DNA of 64,000 nucleotides from the NCBI GenBank assembly GCA_029262635.1, contig JAJCZA010000028.1, forward strand, positions 24,437 through 88,436. Direction: 5' to 3'. The position numbers and the translations under genes are program-made. Shown here piece by piece: positions 1 through 10,016 of the stretch (its first letter is position 1; every line of letters starts with the position of its first letter). This DNA is from Vampirovibrionales bacterium (GTDB taxonomy: Bacteria > Cyanobacteriota > Vampirovibrionia > Vampirovibrionales > Vampirovibrionaceae). The notes beneath the pieces are model-generated. The model worked only from the letters and a program-made list of their open reading frames with translations, was not told the origin of the DNA and did not search any database.

Positions 1-342
1 CGCCGGAACAATCACCAGCGGATTCATCGTATTCATGACAATCATCAGCCCGCTAAGCACGAGCGGCCAGAGCGGCGTGAAATTAAACACCTGCTCAGGA
101 TAAGGTAAGGAAATAAGTTTGTAACCCAGCCCTTGTTTTAAAGCCGCTGCCAGAATATAAAACGTGGCTCCATCTGAATTTTGCAGTGTCAACCAAGGGT
201 GAAAGGTCAATGCGCCCATAGCAATCAGCCCAATAGCCACAATGGCTAAAGCAAGCCATTCCCAGCGAGATCGTTTACTTCTGTCTTCTTTAAATTGAAA
301 CGACTCTCGTTTCAAAGGCTCCCTATTTTCCAGGTCGGGCAT
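1..342 (-). CDS. membrane protein, N-terminal part only (runs off left edge); ArnT/PMT (GT39/83)-like glycosyltransferase suspected
   Basis: Own translation from ATG at 342 (minus strand): MPDLENREPLKRESFQFKEDRSKRSRWEWLALAIVAIGLIAMGALTF... A charged leader is followed by TM helices. The frame is open to position 1. It is absent from the ORF track because it is truncated. Confidence 0.4.
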   Translation of the reverse strand, partial: MPDLENREPLKRESFQFKEDRSKRSRWEWLALAIVAIGLIAMGALTFHPWLTLQNSDGATFYILAAALKQGLGYKLISLPYPEQVFNFTPLWPLVLSGLMIVMNTMNPLVIVPA

Positions 343-493
343 CTTTCGATTGTATTCCTATTTCTCGTCCTAGCCGGGTTCGCAAAACAAAGCATTCAGC
401 ATCCCGACCCACTCATTATATCGTTTATATAGAGAGTTGTCCTATTTTTTGATTTAATCTCTATTTCAGCGGAAGGGCTTATCAGGTTGTACA

Positions 494-1588
494 TTAGAGA
501 ACACCACGGCGCTCCTGATCCCGTTCAATGGACTTAAACAGGGCACCAAAATTTCCCTCGCCAAAAGATTGGTGGTTTTTACGCTGAATCATTTCAAAGA
601 AAACCGGTCCAAACAGATTCCGGGTGAATATTTGAAGCAGATAACCTTTTTCATCGCCATCTACCAACACCTGATGTTGCTGAATCCGCTTCGGGTCCTC
701 GACCACGTTAGGTACTCGCTGAAAAACTTCCTCGTAATAATCGTCCGAAATGTCCAGCGTTTGAATAGCCTGATCAGCATCCTGTGCCATCTGATCCAGC
801 GATCCCAACAAATCGCCCGTCAACAGAGCAATATGCTGAACACCAGCGCCCTTATACTCCCTCAAATATTCTTCAATCTGAGACTTGTCTTCGTTGCCCT
901 CGTTAATAGGAATCGCAAACGTATCACAAGGTGACTTCAGGGCGAAAGAGGTAAGCCCCGTTTTTTCGCCTTTAATATCAAAATAGCGGATTTCCCGGAA
1001 TCCAAAAATATCTTTATAAAAGGCACTCCATTGGCCCATGGTACCTTTAAACACATTATTTGTTAAATGATCAATGCAAAGAAACCCTTTATCTGCAACT
1101 TGTTCCGGAGTTTCTAAATCTACAAACCTCTGGTTTTCTATATTTTCCTGATCAACAAAATAGATTAAGCTGTCACCCACACCAAAAATAGCATACCATC
1201 CGTAAGGTTTTTCGCCATATTCATTACTATAGGGTGTCGCACCTCGACGAACCGCCTCGTCAAAAGCAGTTTTCGCATCTTTAACTCGAAATCCCAAAGC
1301 ACTCACTGATTGACCATGTTTGCTGGCAAAATCTGAGGCAAAACCGGCGGATTCCTGATTCAGCAAAAAGTTAATTTTGTTTTGCTGATATAACACAATC
1401 TTTCTTTCAGGGTGGCTTTTTAACTTTGAAAAGCCCAGTCCTTTAAAAATACGATCAAAATACTCAGGGTTAGGGCCCGTAAATTCAATAAACTCAATCC
1501 CCAAAAGCCCTGTAGGGTTCTCTAATTTCTCTGAACTTACCGGTTGCTCTGTCATTTCTGCCGTCATGGGAATACCCTCCATTACCAT
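494..1588 (-). CDS. hppD: 4-hydroxyphenylpyruvate dioxygenase
   Basis: The 364-aa ORF has two VOC/glyoxalase-fold halves. The C-terminal block ...GVQHIAL...LLQIFT...FFEMIQRK...FGEGNFGALFKSIE is characteristic of HppD. Confidence 0.9.
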   Translation of the reverse strand: MVMEGIPMTAEMTEQPVSSEKLENPTGLLGIEFIEFTGPNPEYFDRIFKGLGFSKLKSHPERKIVLYQQNKINFLLNQESAGFASDFASKHGQSVSALGFRVKDAKTAFDEAVRRGATPYSNEYGEKPYGWYAIFGVGDSLIYFVDQENIENQRFVDLETPEQVADKGFLCIDHLTNNVFKGTMGQWSAFYKDIFGFREIRYFDIKGEKTGLTSFALKSPCDTFAIPINEGNEDKSQIEEYLREYKGAGVQHIALLTGDLLGSLDQMAQDADQAIQTLDISDDYYEEVFQRVPNVVEDPKRIQQHQVLVDGDEKGYLLQIFTRNLFGPVFFEMIQRKNHQSFGEGNFGALFKSIERDQERRGVL

Positions 1589-1677
1589 TTTCTAACCATC
1601 GCTAATACACGTAGTATCCTGAAAACACAGCTAAAAAACAATGCAAAAAGAGAGGCTATTAGATATAAAAACGAAGG

Positions 1678-2457
1678 TTACTGGGTCAGTCGACGTTTAT
1701 TGTGAATCGGCACTACAAAATGATCCGGAATCATGGGAAGTGCCTGAACATAGTGATGCTCCGGCAAGGTGCCAAAGGTCTGACCCTCCGACTGCAGCAA
1801 ACGGGCTTCTAACTCCAAGTATTCCGGCCATTTGTTCTTGTAAAGGGATAGAAAATAGAAAAGCTGAAAAGGAGATAGTTCCACCCGCTTGTCTTCTCCA
1901 GGAGAAAGCACATCAACCTTAATCTCTTCAACAAAGAGGTTTTCCCACCGAGCGGTTTCAGAAAGGTTATCGTAATCTGTCAATAATAATTCAGGATCCG
2001 CCAGCAGGTCACCAATTTTGGCTCGCCAAATGACTTGCAGGGTCACGTTAAGCCAAGCCTGATCCGTATTGTTTCTCAGATGAATTTTAGGACGAAACAC
2101 CAGAGGGTTAGGCCCCCCTTGCTCTCGCCAAATACTGAAAGGCTTCTCTACATCAGCTTCAAAATAGGCCGCATAGGCCATTTGCTCCAAATGCCCCAGA
2201 TCAATTTTAACCCGTCCCTTGGTTTCAGCCTCCCATTTCGCCCGCTTTTCAAGAAAGCGAGTGTCAGCATCCAGCTTGTAAAAGAACTGAATGTCCTCAA
2301 TTAGCACAGAATTTGGTGCGACCGCTTGCGCTTTCAATTCATCTGGATCACTTGCCTCTTTCGTATCCATAGGCTGGGCAAGAGTGAGAGAGGGCAACAG
2401 CAAAGCCATACTGCCTACGAACCCTAAAACACAAATTATTTTGAGAAGGTAGTTCAT
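1678..2457 (-). CDS. secreted hypothetical protein
   Basis: Long ORF. I prefer the internal ATG at 2457 (MNYLLKIICVLGFVGSMALLLPSLTLAQP, a Sec-type signal peptide) over the TTG at 2505. No family recognised. Confidence 0.55.
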   Translation of the reverse strand: MNYLLKIICVLGFVGSMALLLPSLTLAQPMDTKEASDPDELKAQAVAPNSVLIEDIQFFYKLDADTRFLEKRAKWEAETKGRVKIDLGHLEQMAYAAYFEADVEKPFSIWREQGGPNPLVFRPKIHLRNNTDQAWLNVTLQVIWRAKIGDLLADPELLLTDYDNLSETARWENLFVEEIKVDVLSPGEDKRVELSPFQLFYFLSLYKNKWPEYLELEARLLQSEGQTFGTLPEHHYVQALPMIPDHFVVPIHNKRRLTQ

Positions 2458-2778
2458 ACTTCTTATTGTACTCGCCCTCCCAGTAAAAGAAAAAGGTATT
2501 GCCAAATACCCGTTTTATTTTACCCCGATTTTATGCTGATATTTTAATTGACTTATTTTTGGAATATGAATTGACACTAAAAAAAAATTAATGTTTTAAT
2601 ATTTTATAGTCTGTTTTGATAAAATAGAATAGGCTTTATCTCTTTCAGGTCAAATCGGACGCATCAAAACAGACTCAAACATAAATATCCGGTTAAAACC
2701 TTATCTATCATTAGGAAATCAGCTAGCAACAAAATAGATTGATAGGTTTTACTAAAACTAGGACAACACCTCCTGCCT

Positions 2779-3729
2779 GTGAATAGAAGGAAATCCTTTT
2801 TCTCCTCGTTTATTTCTGTTCCAGCATTCACCCAAAAACCTTACTTTAGTACAAAATATGATAGGGGACTTGCCTTGATTCCGGCAAATCGAGCTTTTTT
2901 TAGAATATTACCTCGACTAAATCCGCTCGAGAGTAGAAATTGGCTTTATCTAGCCTCAAGCGCAGTAATCACAAGATTTGCAGTCGCCGGGATCCGGGTA
3001 TGGGAAAACCAGCCTGAAAAAAATAAAAACCCGGAATATAACCGGGTGGATAAATACAGCTCATTATGGGAACGGACTTTTATCGAACCGATCGGAACAG
3101 CCGGCTACATGATGACCATGCATGCCGGCATGGATGCCATGGCCCATTATTTTGAACGCAACATAAAACGCCCTCTTTTTGACACCACGAAAGAAAAGGT
3201 CAAAGCATTTGCTGGAATGACTCAGGAAGAATCCATTAAAGTACTGGAAAAAGCCAATCAGGCCATCAAGAAAATTTACGGCGAATCGCCAACAGGAAAG
3301 GGGATCATCGACCGTGCTCTTTTTGGCCCCTCTCCAGCCCTAAGAGCAACACGAAAAAACCTGCTAACCCAACTGGAAAAGACAGGGGTTGATATACGAA
3401 ACACCGCCATTCTTGATCGAATCATGGGAAGCATGAAAAAACCTGGAACACTGGAGCACTTTATTACGGATGTTAACCTAAAGTGCGCTAAGACTATCGG
3501 TGTTGGTATTTTACTGGGTGCGGTCTTTGGTGGTGTCGTCATTCAATGGGTCAACGACCGAGTCTTCTCACCCTACATGGTTCCATTTATTAATAAAATA
3601 TTGGGAATCAGTAACAAACCACAACAATTTTCCTATCAAAATAACCCCTTCGCCAGCTACGACGCTTATACCCTATCATCCGGCAGTGGTGGAAACCTGT
3701 CGGAACAAGAAAGGACATTCCAGGTTTGA
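2779..3729 (+). CDS. hypothetical membrane protein (paralog A of tandem pair)
   Basis: 316-aa ORF with a GTG start of uncertain position. It has a C-terminal TM segment (IGVGILLGAVFGGVVIQW). It shares a ...PE..Y.R...ER..I.E/P.IG...FER... block with the next ORF. Confidence 0.5.
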   Translation: MNRRKSFFSSFISVPAFTQKPYFSTKYDRGLALIPANRAFFRILPRLNPLESRNWLYLASSAVITRFAVAGIRVWENQPEKNKNPEYNRVDKYSSLWERTFIEPIGTAGYMMTMHAGMDAMAHYFERNIKRPLFDTTKEKVKAFAGMTQEESIKVLEKANQAIKKIYGESPTGKGIIDRALFGPSPALRATRKNLLTQLEKTGVDIRNTAILDRIMGSMKKPGTLEHFITDVNLKCAKTIGVGILLGAVFGGVVIQWVNDRVFSPYMVPFINKILGISNKPQQFSYQNNPFASYDAYTLSSGSGGNLSEQERTFQV

Positions 3730-4592
3730 TTAGCCCCGTCTCACGTCCTATAAAACAAATCGTCGGAAACACGGCCTCCGAGGGTTTAAAGGTGTTGGGA
3801 AAAAATCTAAAGACCTTGGCTGGTGACTACGGTCACGTGGTTATTCAAGATCATGACATGTTAAAGGTAAACGCCCTTATTTTTTCGACACTAATCCTGA
3901 GTTTATCTCGAATTGGCATTTCCTATGGATCCGCTCAAAAAGCTAAGGAAACACCGGAAGAACAGTATCGACGACAGGAATTTATCCGAACCAGTATTCG
4001 GGAAATCGGTGGATGGACCTTTAGTTATGTTGCCCTTCGCTTTTTTGAACGTCAACTCCGAAATTACATTCGTAGTGAAGGCTTTTTAGGGCTTGGGAAA
4101 AAAGGAAAAGACATACTGATTCAGTACTTTGAAAAAGCGGGTCAACAATTCAAAGCCTGGCGCAATGGTACGATTCGCCCACTAAAAGCAAAACGAGGGC
4201 CCGTAGAAGCTCTGGAAGAAACTTTTTTACAATATGACTCCCAAAAATACACCGGCTGGAAAAAAGCCTTAATCGAGCTTTTCTCTCATAACGACACGCA
4301 AGCGCCAACGCCTCAGAAGATCGAGAAATTTCATAAATGGTTTCCCTTGATTGCCGGTTCAATTCCTTCGGTTATCCTGTCTGGCTACTATCTGGAGCGA
4401 TTCACAATGGATCACTCCGACCGAGTTGTCAATGCCATGAATAGCTGGTTTAATAAGGGTAAGCCGTCGGCTAGCCTTTCCCAAAGCCAAAGTCCGTTCC
4501 ATATGACTCAAACAGGTCAAGAGCAGGATTTTAATAATTTTATTGGTAGCCTCCACCAAAAACATGTTCAAAGAGTTCCCCAATCCTCATGA
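3726..4592 (+). CDS. hypothetical membrane protein (paralog B of tandem pair)
   Basis: 288-aa ORF. Its TTG start overlaps the upstream stop (TTGA), and its stop overlaps the acpS start (ATGA). The first in-frame ATG is 44 codons in, so the true start is uncertain. Confidence 0.5.
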   Translation: MISPVSRPIKQIVGNTASEGLKVLGKNLKTLAGDYGHVVIQDHDMLKVNALIFSTLILSLSRIGISYGSAQKAKETPEEQYRRQEFIRTSIREIGGWTFSYVALRFFERQLRNYIRSEGFLGLGKKGKDILIQYFEKAGQQFKAWRNGTIRPLKAKRGPVEALEETFLQYDSQKYTGWKKALIELFSHNDTQAPTPQKIEKFHKWFPLIAGSIPSVILSGYYLERFTMDHSDRVVNAMNSWFNKGKPSASLSQSQSPFHMTQTGQEQDFNNFIGSLHQKHVQRVPQSS

Positions 4593-5038
4593 TACTTACA
4601 GACATTCAACTTGGTACCGATATTGTCAGTATTGCCCGCCTTCGAAGAGGGTTTAAGCGCTTCGGACTTCCGTTTTTCCAACGGTTTTTAACCGAAGAGG
4701 AATTAGCCTACTGTCAATGCGTGGGAAAAAAAACAGTGCCTTCAGAAAACACGACAGAGCAGGAAAGGGAAGTCTTTTTTAAACGAGTAGCGGGGAGAAT
4801 AGCTTTGAAAGAAGCGGTTGCAAAAGCACTGGGAGTTGGCGTAACCGGGTTAGGTTATTCAGCAGGGGTACCCTGGACGTCCATGGAGTTAGTGTCTGTC
4901 TCGCAAAAGCCGCCAAAATTGGTGTTAACAGGAAAAGCGTTGGCCTACGCAAACGAGCAACAAATCAAACAATGGCGAGTCAGCATTTCTCATGATGGTG
5001 AGAATGCCGTCGCCACTGCATTAGGACTGATTTCATAA
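4589..5038 (+). CDS. acpS: holo-[acyl-carrier-protein] synthase (4'-phosphopantetheinyl transferase)
   Basis: An N-terminal GTDIVSIARL motif and a C-terminal VSISHDGENAVATAL motif are typical of AcpS. An internal ~25-aa insertion is present. Confidence 0.8.
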   Translation: MILTDIQLGTDIVSIARLRRGFKRFGLPFFQRFLTEEELAYCQCVGKKTVPSENTTEQEREVFFKRVAGRIALKEAVAKALGVGVTGLGYSAGVPWTSMELVSVSQKPPKLVLTGKALAYANEQQIKQWRVSISHDGENAVATALGLIS

Positions 5039-5068
5039 AAAACAATCTGTACTGAGTTTAAATCCGGT

Positions 5069-5584
5069 TTATTTTTTTGTCTTTGCCGATGGTTTGACCG
5101 TTTTTTTCGCCGTCTTTTTTCTTGCCGCAGGTCTTGTTGTTTTCTTAGAGACTGTCCCTGTTTTTTTCAGGGTGGCGATTTCTTTTTTCAGGACAGCTGT
5201 CTCTTTTTTTAGTTCAGTCTGAGTGACAAGTTTCATGGACTTAATCACTTTAGCAACCGTGGCGTCAACGGTTTCCTGAACTCGTTTTTCAACGATCTTC
5301 TTCTCATCCGTTATCAACTTTTTAATATCCTTGCCAAACGTGTTGGCTTCTTTTGGGCTCAGCTCGCCTTGCTCGACCAGATTATTCATCATGTCTTTCA
5401 AATGCTCTGTGGTTTTAATGGTGGCGCCCAAGCCAATGAGGACCCCTTTCTGAAGAAGGGTGCTCGCTTTTTTAACAGCCTTAGAGGACGCAGGGGGTAG
5501 GGCTTTTGTTTTAGTTGTTTTAGCGGTTTTTCCCGCCGTTTTTTTTGCTGTTTTTTCTGCCATAGTATCGATGTCCTTATCCAT
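5069..5584 (-). CDS. phasin-like (COG3937-type) protein with Lys/Ala/Thr-rich histone-H1-like tails
   Basis: The central LLQKGVLIGLGA...LVEQGELSPKEA...coiled-coil core resembles PHA-granule phasin/regulator proteins. Both termini are AKKT/KTAKK low-complexity. Confidence 0.55.
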   Translation of the reverse strand: MDKDIDTMAEKTAKKTAGKTAKTTKTKALPPASSKAVKKASTLLQKGVLIGLGATIKTTEHLKDMMNNLVEQGELSPKEANTFGKDIKKLITDEKKIVEKRVQETVDATVAKVIKSMKLVTQTELKKETAVLKKEIATLKKTGTVSKKTTRPAARKKTAKKTVKPSAKTKK

Positions 5585-5795
5585 TTATTTCGCGATTCTT
5601 TCTTTGTCTCTTCTATTTTAGTCTCATTTTATCGCTATGGGGGCTTTTTCCAACAAAAATAAAAAACACTTTTAAAGTAACTTTTTGTAAAAGAACAAGG
5701 ATTAAGCGCAATTCGGGCGGTTCAGGTTTCTTGCTTCTTTTAGGCTCATGACATATCTTTTCTTCAGTCAAGTGACAACAAAAGGAGTTTAACCC

Positions 5796-6137
5796 ATGAA
5801 TATATCCCCAGCTAACGCGTTTCAAGCCCCAATTCGCTTTGGAAACAAGGACAAAAAACCTAAAGACCATCCATTACAGCTTGACGGAGAACCTGGAAAG
5901 GGTAAAGCGTTGTTAGCGAAAGCCTTAGCCGATAAATTACCAACCCTATCGCAAAAACCGAGAACAGGTAAAACACGGCTTACGAAAGCATTAGGCGGAT
6001 CTTCAGAAGTGATGATCAATAATCCGCCTATGCTTGAAACAAGAATAGGGACATTAGCAAAACAACTAATGGTCGATTCGTTTGATATAAATTATCCGGC
6101 CCCAAACCGAAACGCAACAAGCTGGCAAGAGGCTTAA
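5796..6137 (+). CDS. hypothetical protein
   Basis: 113-aa ORF with an AAGGAG-like SD 8 nt upstream of the ATG. No signal peptide and no family recognised. Confidence 0.45.
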   Translation: MNISPANAFQAPIRFGNKDKKPKDHPLQLDGEPGKGKALLAKALADKLPTLSQKPRTGKTRLTKALGGSSEVMINNPPMLETRIGTLAKQLMVDSFDINYPAPNRNATSWQEA

Positions 6138-6170
6138 ATTATTGTTGAGGGTCCTGACAATGACTATAAA

Positions 6171-6650
6171 TTGAACGAGCAAGGGGAATTTGAAAAAATA
6201 GAGGGTGAGTACATTGGTGAAGGAGTAAACAGTTTAAAAAGAATCCTTTCAAAACTTGAAGCAATGGAACCCCTTACCTTTTATATGCATGACGCCATGA
6301 ATTTACCATCTCGGCCAATAAAAGCCGAGCCTCTTCAAACAGAATTACCTCAAGAAGACAACGTTCCCTCTTTAAATATTTCGATTGAAACATCAAATGG
6401 CAGTCACTTTACGGCCTCAGTAAATAAGGATAACCAAGTGGTTTTAGGGCTTGTTCAAGGGAAAGAACTAACCGGCCCAGTTCCTGAAGCCCTGATCACG
6501 AAGCTTCAAGAGTACTTTGGCAAGGATGTGGATTACTCCGGTTTGAAGCAAGAAAAAATTAAATATAACACTGCTGAGAGCAATTTTTTAAGAGAGTTTG
6601 ACTTGACAGAGCTAACTACAGGAAGTGACATAAAAAAGCCCCTAAAATAA
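6171..6650 (+). CDS. hypothetical protein
   Basis: 159-aa ORF with a TTG start, followed directly by a hairpin terminator. No family recognised. Confidence 0.4.
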   Translation: MNEQGEFEKIEGEYIGEGVNSLKRILSKLEAMEPLTFYMHDAMNLPSRPIKAEPLQTELPQEDNVPSLNISIETSNGSHFTASVNKDNQVVLGLVQGKELTGPVPEALITKLQEYFGKDVDYSGLKQEKIKYNTAESNFLREFDLTELTTGSDIKKPLK

Positions 6651-6666
6651 AGCCAGCTGTGCCAGC

Positions 6667-7467
6667 CTAAAAGACCCCCAGAACATGCGGGGTCTTTTTT
6701 CCGGCCAAATTTGGAAAGACCATGAGGCGGCCTTCTTTATCGCGCCAGCGGATCCAGCCCATGGGCATACTGCGATCAAAATCCATGACTTCCACCAGCA
6801 ACCAGTTACCCCGAACGTGCATGACCTTCAGCTTACGGATCATCTGAAGATTCAGCAACTTTGCCTTGTTATCGGGTGACATCCGGGGGGAGCGATGATA
6901 CTCGGAAACCCCGGTAAGCCAGTAAATGCCAGCCGCTTTTCCATTAAATTTCATAAAATCCAACCACGTTTGAAATTGCCCCAAATGCATCGGCCAGCCC
7001 TGGATTTCGTCTTCCGCCATGGCGGTTCGAAGTTTAACCCACCCGGTTTTTCCCCGGCGCTGATCATAAACAACTTCCGCCCAGCCTTCACCATTATCGG
7101 ACACCACACTCATGGCCGCCACATCCATTTTGGGAAAGTAACACACAAAAATAGAAGAGACTGGAACATGGCTTTGACGAACTTGAGAAAAAAGACTATT
7201 ATGGCGGCCATTGGGCGACCATTGAAAATGCTCAACCGGTTCCGTGTTCTCGTCAGGAGTGGCATAAATCAGGGTATCATTAGGAGCAAAATACACCCCA
7301 ATACCATAGGTCAGCCTGTTTTCGTATTGCTCTGGCGCATAACCAAAGCGCAAGGCGTAAGCGGAAGGTGACAAAAGCCCCCCGAATAGTATTCCGGCTA
7401 ATAGAATGCTAAAAATAATGAGTAAGTGTCGATTAAAAAAACGGCGCAGTGTTACCAACATAAGCAA
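6667..7467 (-). CDS. secreted hypothetical protein (SH3b-like segments possible)
   Basis: 266-aa ORF with an N-terminal TM/signal segment LLIIFSILLAGILFGGLLSPSAYA. GW..V/GWIRW motifs are reminiscent of bacterial SH3 domains. Confidence 0.55.
   Translation of the reverse strand: MLMLVTLRRFFNRHLLIIFSILLAGILFGGLLSPSAYALRFGYAPEQYENRLTYGIGVYFAPNDTLIYATPDENTEPVEHFQWSPNGRHNSLFSQVRQSHVPVSSIFVCYFPKMDVAAMSVVSDNGEGWAEVVYDQRRGKTGWVKLRTAMAEDEIQGWPMHLGQFQTWLDFMKFNGKAAGIYWLTGVSEYHRSPRMSPDNKAKLLNLQMIRKLKVMHVRGNWLLVEVMDFDRSMPMGWIRWRDKEGRLMVFPNLAGKKTPHVLGVF
6671..6700. terminator. bidirectional intrinsic terminator hairpin
   Basis: The stem aagacccc / ggggtctt is followed by TTTTTT on the plus strand and by TTTT on the minus strand. 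It sits between convergent genes and overlaps the last codons of 6667..7467. Confidence 0.55.
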
Positions 7468-7584
7468 GAATCCCCAAAGTGTCCCTGTTTTTTATTGAAC
7501 GTCCTTCTATTATGCCTGATAGCCGTTATAAAGTCATCGCCTGATTAGAGGGCCATAGTATGAACCCCGTGTTTTCGTTATGCT

Positions 7585-8190
7585 ATGCCCATTATGTCGA
7601 GCTTAACCATTTTGAATCCGGTGTTTGTGAAAAGCGCCCCTTCGCTCAAAGACGCGCCAGATTTAGGCGGATTGCCAGAGATTGTGCTGGTGGGACGTTC
7701 TAACGTGGGCAAATCGTCGTTTATTAACGTGGTTCTCAACCGAAAAAATCTGGCAAAAACATCCAACACCCCCGGAAAGACTCGGCTGATTAATTTTTTT
7801 AATATTGATGACACCTGGGTTTTTGTGGATTTGCCTGGATACGGCTACGCCAAGGTCTCTAAAACAGAACAGCAGAAATGGAAAGCCAATCTGGAAACCT
7901 ATTTAAAGAAACGAGAAGCCATTAAAACAGTGATTCAGCTGATTGATGCCCGCCATGGCCCCAAAGAATCGGATTTGCAGATGCGGGAATGGCTGATTTA
8001 TCAGGATCGGCCCCAGTTGGTGGTTCTCACCAAAGCGGATAAAATCAAGGCACGAGAACTAAACCAGCAGGTGGCCAACACCGCCAGGTTGTTTGATTTA
8101 GCGCCTGAAAACATTATTACCTTTTCAACACAAACCGGCTTAGGTAAAAAGTTAGCGAAAGACCGACTGGCCTCTATACTAGCTGAATGA
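7585..8190 (+). CDS. engB: ribosome-biogenesis GTPase EngB/YsxC/YihA
   Basis: G1 motif GRSNVGKSS, the NTPGKTRLINFF block, G3 motif DLPGYGYA and G4 motif TKADK. Confidence 0.9.
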   Translation: MPIMSSLTILNPVFVKSAPSLKDAPDLGGLPEIVLVGRSNVGKSSFINVVLNRKNLAKTSNTPGKTRLINFFNIDDTWVFVDLPGYGYAKVSKTEQQKWKANLETYLKKREAIKTVIQLIDARHGPKESDLQMREWLIYQDRPQLVVLTKADKIKARELNQQVANTARLFDLAPENIITFSTQTGLGKKLAKDRLASILAE

Positions 8191-8308
8191 TTTTTCCATC
8201 TTTTTAATAACAGACTCTCCGATGGTGATTTCCATTCGCTATAATAGAGCTTGGATCTGTTATTAGGTTGACCCTAAAAAGCGTTGGAAAACAGGAGAGC
8301 GTTTACCA

Positions 8309-8886
8309 TGAAGTGTGCCAAATGTGGCAATGAGGTTGGAAGAGCGCAAATCATCTGTGATAGTTGCGGTATGTTGCTCACGGACGAAAGTTCGCGGGTT
8401 GAGAGTCCTCGACCTCTAAAAGGCGAGCCTCAACCACCCCCACCTAATGAGGAGATGGCTATTCCAGATGCCGCTCCAGACAAAACATCTCCCGAAGTAA
8501 CACCCATAATGAATCAGCCCAGCATTCAACCAGATCCACCTAAACCCGACGAACCTTCCTCATTTCCAGAGCCTCCCATAAGTCCGCCTGAAGCTCCACA
8601 GGCAGCTCCTGAACTTTCGAACCCCCCAGACTCGGACGAACCCGTGTCCGAAGAGGCTGAGGCATTACCGCCACTCAAAACCGAGGCGCAACAGAAAAAA
8701 GAAAAGGTCTTGAATATTGCCATCTGGGGCATTGCTATTTTCATGCCCTGTCTTGTCATTATTTCGTGGATTTTATGCTGGAAATCTAACTGGCAAAAGA
8801 AAAACAAAATTCTGTTTTTCATAGGTAGCGGTTTATATGCGCTGGTGTCATTCATCCTCTCGCTTATCCCTCTGATTCTCTTTTAA
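8309..8886 (+). CDS. zinc-ribbon, proline-rich membrane protein
   Basis: I prefer the ATG at 8309 (AGGAG SD upstream). The protein has CxxC...CxxC (MKCAKCG...CDSCG), a long Pro/Glu-rich linker and two C-terminal TM helices. Confidence 0.6.
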
Positions 8887-9045
8887 CGACTCCAACTTGC
8901 AAGGAGAACGAAGGTAGGTGTTTACGAATCCAGCCCTATGTAAAGTCAGCTGTGCTGGCGATTGAAATATCCGTGGGTTCCGACTAATATAAGGGTATTC
9001 CTTGCGTTTAGGCAGGGAGCTGTTAATCGTCGAGGATATTGGAAG

Positions 9046-9879
9046 ATGGTAACCACAACAATGACAAACCCACCTGAAACACAGGAAACCCAACAAAAAG
9101 CATTAAACGGCCTCTTGGCAGGACAAACCGGCGTAATTTTTGGCGTCGCTCACAAGTCCAGTATCGCTTGGGCTGTGGCCCGTTCACTGAGTCAGGCGGG
9201 CATGCGTCTTGCCTTTACCTATCAGGGCGATCGACTAGAGAAAAACGTCCGAGAACTAGCAGAAACACTGGAAGGCTCACTGATTCTCCCTTGCGATGTC
9301 ACCGACGACGCCCAATTAGACGCCGTATTTAACGCCATTGGCGACGAGTTTGGCCGACTGGATACGCTGGTTCACAGTGTAGCTTTCGCTAAACGAGAAG
9401 ATCTTGCTGGCGGCTTCGTGGATACCTCTCGGGATGGTTTCCTGATGGCACAGGACATCAGCGCTTACTCCCTCACCGCCATGGCTAAACGAGCTGTGCC
9501 ACTGTTCGAAAAAGCCGGTGGCGGTAGTATCATCACCATGTCATATCTTGGTGGCGAACGAGTGGTTCAGAACTACAACGTGATGGGCGTGGCTAAAGCG
9601 TCGTTAGAAATGAGCGTACGTTATCTGGCCAACGACTTGGGTGCCCAAAATATTCGAGTCAACGCCATTTCCGCTGGCCCGATTAAAACGCTAGCAGCTC
9701 GGGGCATTTCTGGATTCTCTAGTATTCTGGATGAGATGAAGGCCCGCACCCCGCTGAAACGAAACGTCGAAGCCGCCGAAGTGGGCGATACAGCTTTGTA
9801 CCTTGCCAGCCACCTCTCCCGAGGCGTCACCGGCGAAGTTATTCACGTCGATTCCGGCTTCCACGCCATGGGCTTCTAG
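9046..9879 (+). CDS. fabI: enoyl-[acyl-carrier-protein] reductase (NADH), FabI type
   Basis: GVAHKSSIAWAVARSL dinucleotide-binding motif, a Y..MGVAKASLE catalytic Tyr/Lys block, and ISAGPIKTLAA. The start could be 9046 or 9061. Confidence 0.85.
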   Translation: MVTTTMTNPPETQETQQKALNGLLAGQTGVIFGVAHKSSIAWAVARSLSQAGMRLAFTYQGDRLEKNVRELAETLEGSLILPCDVTDDAQLDAVFNAIGDEFGRLDTLVHSVAFAKREDLAGGFVDTSRDGFLMAQDISAYSLTAMAKRAVPLFEKAGGGSIITMSYLGGERVVQNYNVMGVAKASLEMSVRYLANDLGAQNIRVNAISAGPIKTLAARGISGFSSILDEMKARTPLKRNVEAAEVGDTALYLASHLSRGVTGEVIHVDSGFHAMGF

Positions 9880-9950
9880 CCAGCAAAGCTGGCCTTATTT
9901 AGGGCTAGTGGCATAAACAGTTTAAGCCCTTATATTCAGACCAACATTAA

Positions 9951-9982
9951 CAGAGGTCGGCATCGTCCGGCCTCTGTTATTT
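9951..9982 (+). terminator. intrinsic terminator after fabI
   Basis: The stem cagaggtcgg / ccggcctctg (one G-U pair) is followed by ttattt. Confidence 0.55.
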
Positions 9983-10016
9983 AACGAGGGGGGTATAAAC
10001 GGGGGCGCCCTTATCC

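Noticed and set aside
6895-7371. Sizeable antisense ORFs opposite real genes. Examples are 6895..7371, 12282..12710, 38033..38499, 42174..42644, 49120..49564, 20651..20986 and 62835..63410.
   Set aside because: Each lies wholly inside a longer ORF on the other strand that has recognisable family motifs or signal peptides. Their translations are compositionally odd (Arg/His/Cys-rich) and lack SD sequences. I treat them as shadow ORFs.
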